DNA from: an uncultured Spirochaetaceae bacterium
Lineage (GTDB): Bacteria > Spirochaetota > Spirochaetia > SZUA-6 > DRHE01
Length of the DNA: 53,297 nt
Direction: 5' to 3'
NCBI GenBank assembly: GCA_964514815.1
Contig: CAZERV010000004.1
Location: 1 to 53,297, forward strand
Each line of letters begins with the position of its first letter. Positions within the stretch are counted from its first letter, which is position 1. The notes beneath the pieces were generated by a model. That model searched no databases. It was given only the letters and a program-made list of their open reading frames with translations, and was not told the origin of the DNA. Position numbers and translations under genes: made by a program. This document shows, one piece after another, positions 51,772 to 53,297 of this stretch.

Positions 51772-51937
51772 GCGTATAACTGCGGGTTGCCTGCTTCGCT
51801 CGCTGACGCTCACTCCGCCCAAATCCAGGGCAGGCTAGCCCAACGGGAGAGTGGTAAAGCGGACCAATGCGGAAAAAAGGTAAAGATGGGAAGCTGAGTT
51901 CCTCCCTGGACTTCGCCAACCCGTGTTACGTTATACG
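51772..51937. repeat. Composite inverted repeat enclosing about 127 nt
   Basis: CGTATAAC-tg-CGGGTTG (51773-51789) pairs with CAACCCG-tgttac-GTTATACG (51917-51937). Confidence 0.5.
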
Positions 51938-52051
51938 AAAGAACGGGCTATAATCAATGTTTACCGAAAGGACTTTTCATTGTATAATGATCTATACTTT
52001 CATTTACCGTCATGGGTTATCTTTTTTTCATAATCTTATAGGAGATGAAAT

Positions 52052-52303
52052 ATGCCCCATGTAATCGTGAAATTGTTTCCCGGGAGGACGGACCAGCAGA
52101 AGAACGAATTTACGCAGCGAATCGTCAAAGCTGTCAGGGACACAATGGATACTGAGGAATGGGCGGTGAGTGTTACATTCGAGGAAGTGACACAAGAGCA
52201 ATGGGAGGAAAAGGTGTACAAACCAGATATTATTGCTAAGGAGAAACTGCTCTACACAAAACCAGGCTACGCGGTCGCAAATGGTGAGTACAAACGTCTA
52301 TAG
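52052..52303 (+). CDS. 4-oxalocrotonate tautomerase family protein
   Basis: 83 aa with the N-terminal MPHVIVKLFPGRT (catalytic Pro1 context). The RBS AGGAGATG precedes the start. Confidence 0.7.
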   Translation: MPHVIVKLFPGRTDQQKNEFTQRIVKAVRDTMDTEEWAVSVTFEEVTQEQWEEKVYKPDIIAKEKLLYTKPGYAVANGEYKRL

Positions 52304-52402
52304 CCGTACAGGCTTTCTTGACAAGAAGAGTAATTGCACCGTCATCTCTGAAATTATCGCATTTTGAGAGTTGATAACAGATTTGCTCGGAGAAGATGAA
52401 TT

Positions 52403-53173
52403 ATGTTGGCACAAGAGCGTTTCAATACCGGAGAACTTGATCTCAACTTTATGAGTGGACCTGACGGTTTTTATCCGCTGCTTCTTCTCCACGGGGTAAC
52501 AGGCCGTTGGCAGGACTTTCTACCAATCATGCCTCAGCTGGTCTTGCACCACACCGTCTTTGCCATAGACTTTCGCGGTCATGGAGAGTCGGATCGGTCG
52601 ACTGATGGCTACAGCTTTGCCAAATACGCAAGAGACATTGTTGCCTTTGAGAAGTCCAAGCTGGATCAACCAGCGGTGTTAATTAGGCATTCTTTGGGCG
52701 GAGCTGTGGCAGTCTACATCGCAGCCAACTACCCAGAGCTGACCAGAGCAGCTGTTTTATGTGACCCGGCTCTCTTCGCAGAAGTACTAAGAATTCCAGT
52801 GTGGAGCGAAGCGCTTTCGGCGTGGCGAAAAATCGCTGAAGAGCCGTTCGAAGAAATCTGCAGTTTGCAGAACCCATAAAGTGCGTTTGACAGAAGAAGG
52901 GCGAGGGATCTTAGCAAGCTCGATCCCAAAGTACTAGAAGATCTTAACACTTACTGGGACAGCTTTAACCTAGAATACCTACTCGGACATATCAGCTGTC
53001 CTGTTCTACTCGTATATGGTAACTATCAGAATGGAGGTGTTCTTACTGTAGAGCAGGCGGAAGATGTCACATCGAGTATTTCTAACTGTATATCACAATT
53101 CATAGACGATGTTGGTCACGTACCTCATCGTGACAAGCCCGATGAATTCATTAGATTGGTATCAGACTTTTGA
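52403..53173 (+). pseudogene. Alpha/beta hydrolase interrupted by one in-frame TAA
   Basis: LLLLHG and the nucleophile elbow HSLGG lie in ORF 52403-52879. The same frame continues after the TAA at 52877-52879 without further stops to 53173, and encodes the C-terminal DDVGHVPHRDKPDEF (catalytic His). Confidence 0.7.
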
Positions 53174-53206
53174 GAGTCGATCTAACCTATTCACAATCAT
53201 AGCCCG

Positions 53207-53235
53207 TTCAGGATAGCGATATGTTTAAGCTCCTA
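53207..53235 (+). repeat. 29-bp direct repeat, right copy
   Basis: TTCAGGATAGCGATATGTTTAAGCTCCTA. It is followed by only a 23-codon ORF (MFKLLVTG...). Confidence 0.8.
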
Positions 53236-53297
53236 GTGACTGGTACCCTGTATCATAAATTCTGTCATCTAAATCGGCAATCTATCATTTAATAGAA

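Noticed and set aside
1-53297. tRNA, rRNA, tmRNA, an integrase or a transposase that could mark the island borders.
   Set aside because: None was recognisable by eye in any intergenic region or ORF translation. Absence cannot be proven without tRNA, Rfam or HMM scans.

Overview
The window (53.3 kb) looks like chromosome from an anaerobic bacterium; a Desulfobacterota-like sulfate reducer or acetogen is my inference from gene content only. I saw no rRNA, tRNA or CRISPR array. Reading left to right, the blocks are as follows.

(1) 51-10185, minus strand: a long co-linear gene string, nqrABCDEF, then a small helical protein, a membrane histidine kinase, a stand-alone receiver, a MenA-like prenyltransferase, a CPBP protease and UbiE/MenG. 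NqrA here keeps an RnfC-type 2x[4Fe-4S] tail. A second, more AT-rich copy of the helical-protein/kinase/receiver triad is transcribed divergently from nqrA (10420-12604).

(2) 12750-14660: an intact acs gene.

(3) About 14.7-21.4 kb: a lower-GC island holding a thoroughly decayed type I R-M locus. hsdM is frameshifted inside NPPF, hsdR has internal deletions, no hsdS is present, and the locus embeds a Fic gene and a frameshifted AlbA_2 gene. The island ends in a hairpin-rich repeat element fused directly to a mosaic relic of the acs 3' part.

(4) 21602-29652: a thiosulfate-to-thiocarboxylate sulfur assimilation cluster (Rrf2, CysK, ThiS-like, MetY, ThiF-like, DsrE-like, TusA, JAMM, YeeE, secreted rhodanese, TusA).

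(5) 29968-35199: a hexaheme cytochrome c, then an SSS transporter co-oriented with an unusual histidine-kinase / CoA-disulfide-reductase / rhodanese fusion.

(6) 35622-49759: a large MetFV / HdrA-like / MvhD / Flox-like gene cluster without HdrB. It includes a 1503-aa HdrA-GltD-HdrA fusion.

(7) 49.8-53.2 kb: a low-GC islet bounded by 29-bp direct repeats, carrying a DUF433/DUF5615 pair and pseudogenes.

All calls rest on reading the ORF translations and the DNA by eye. No searches were run.
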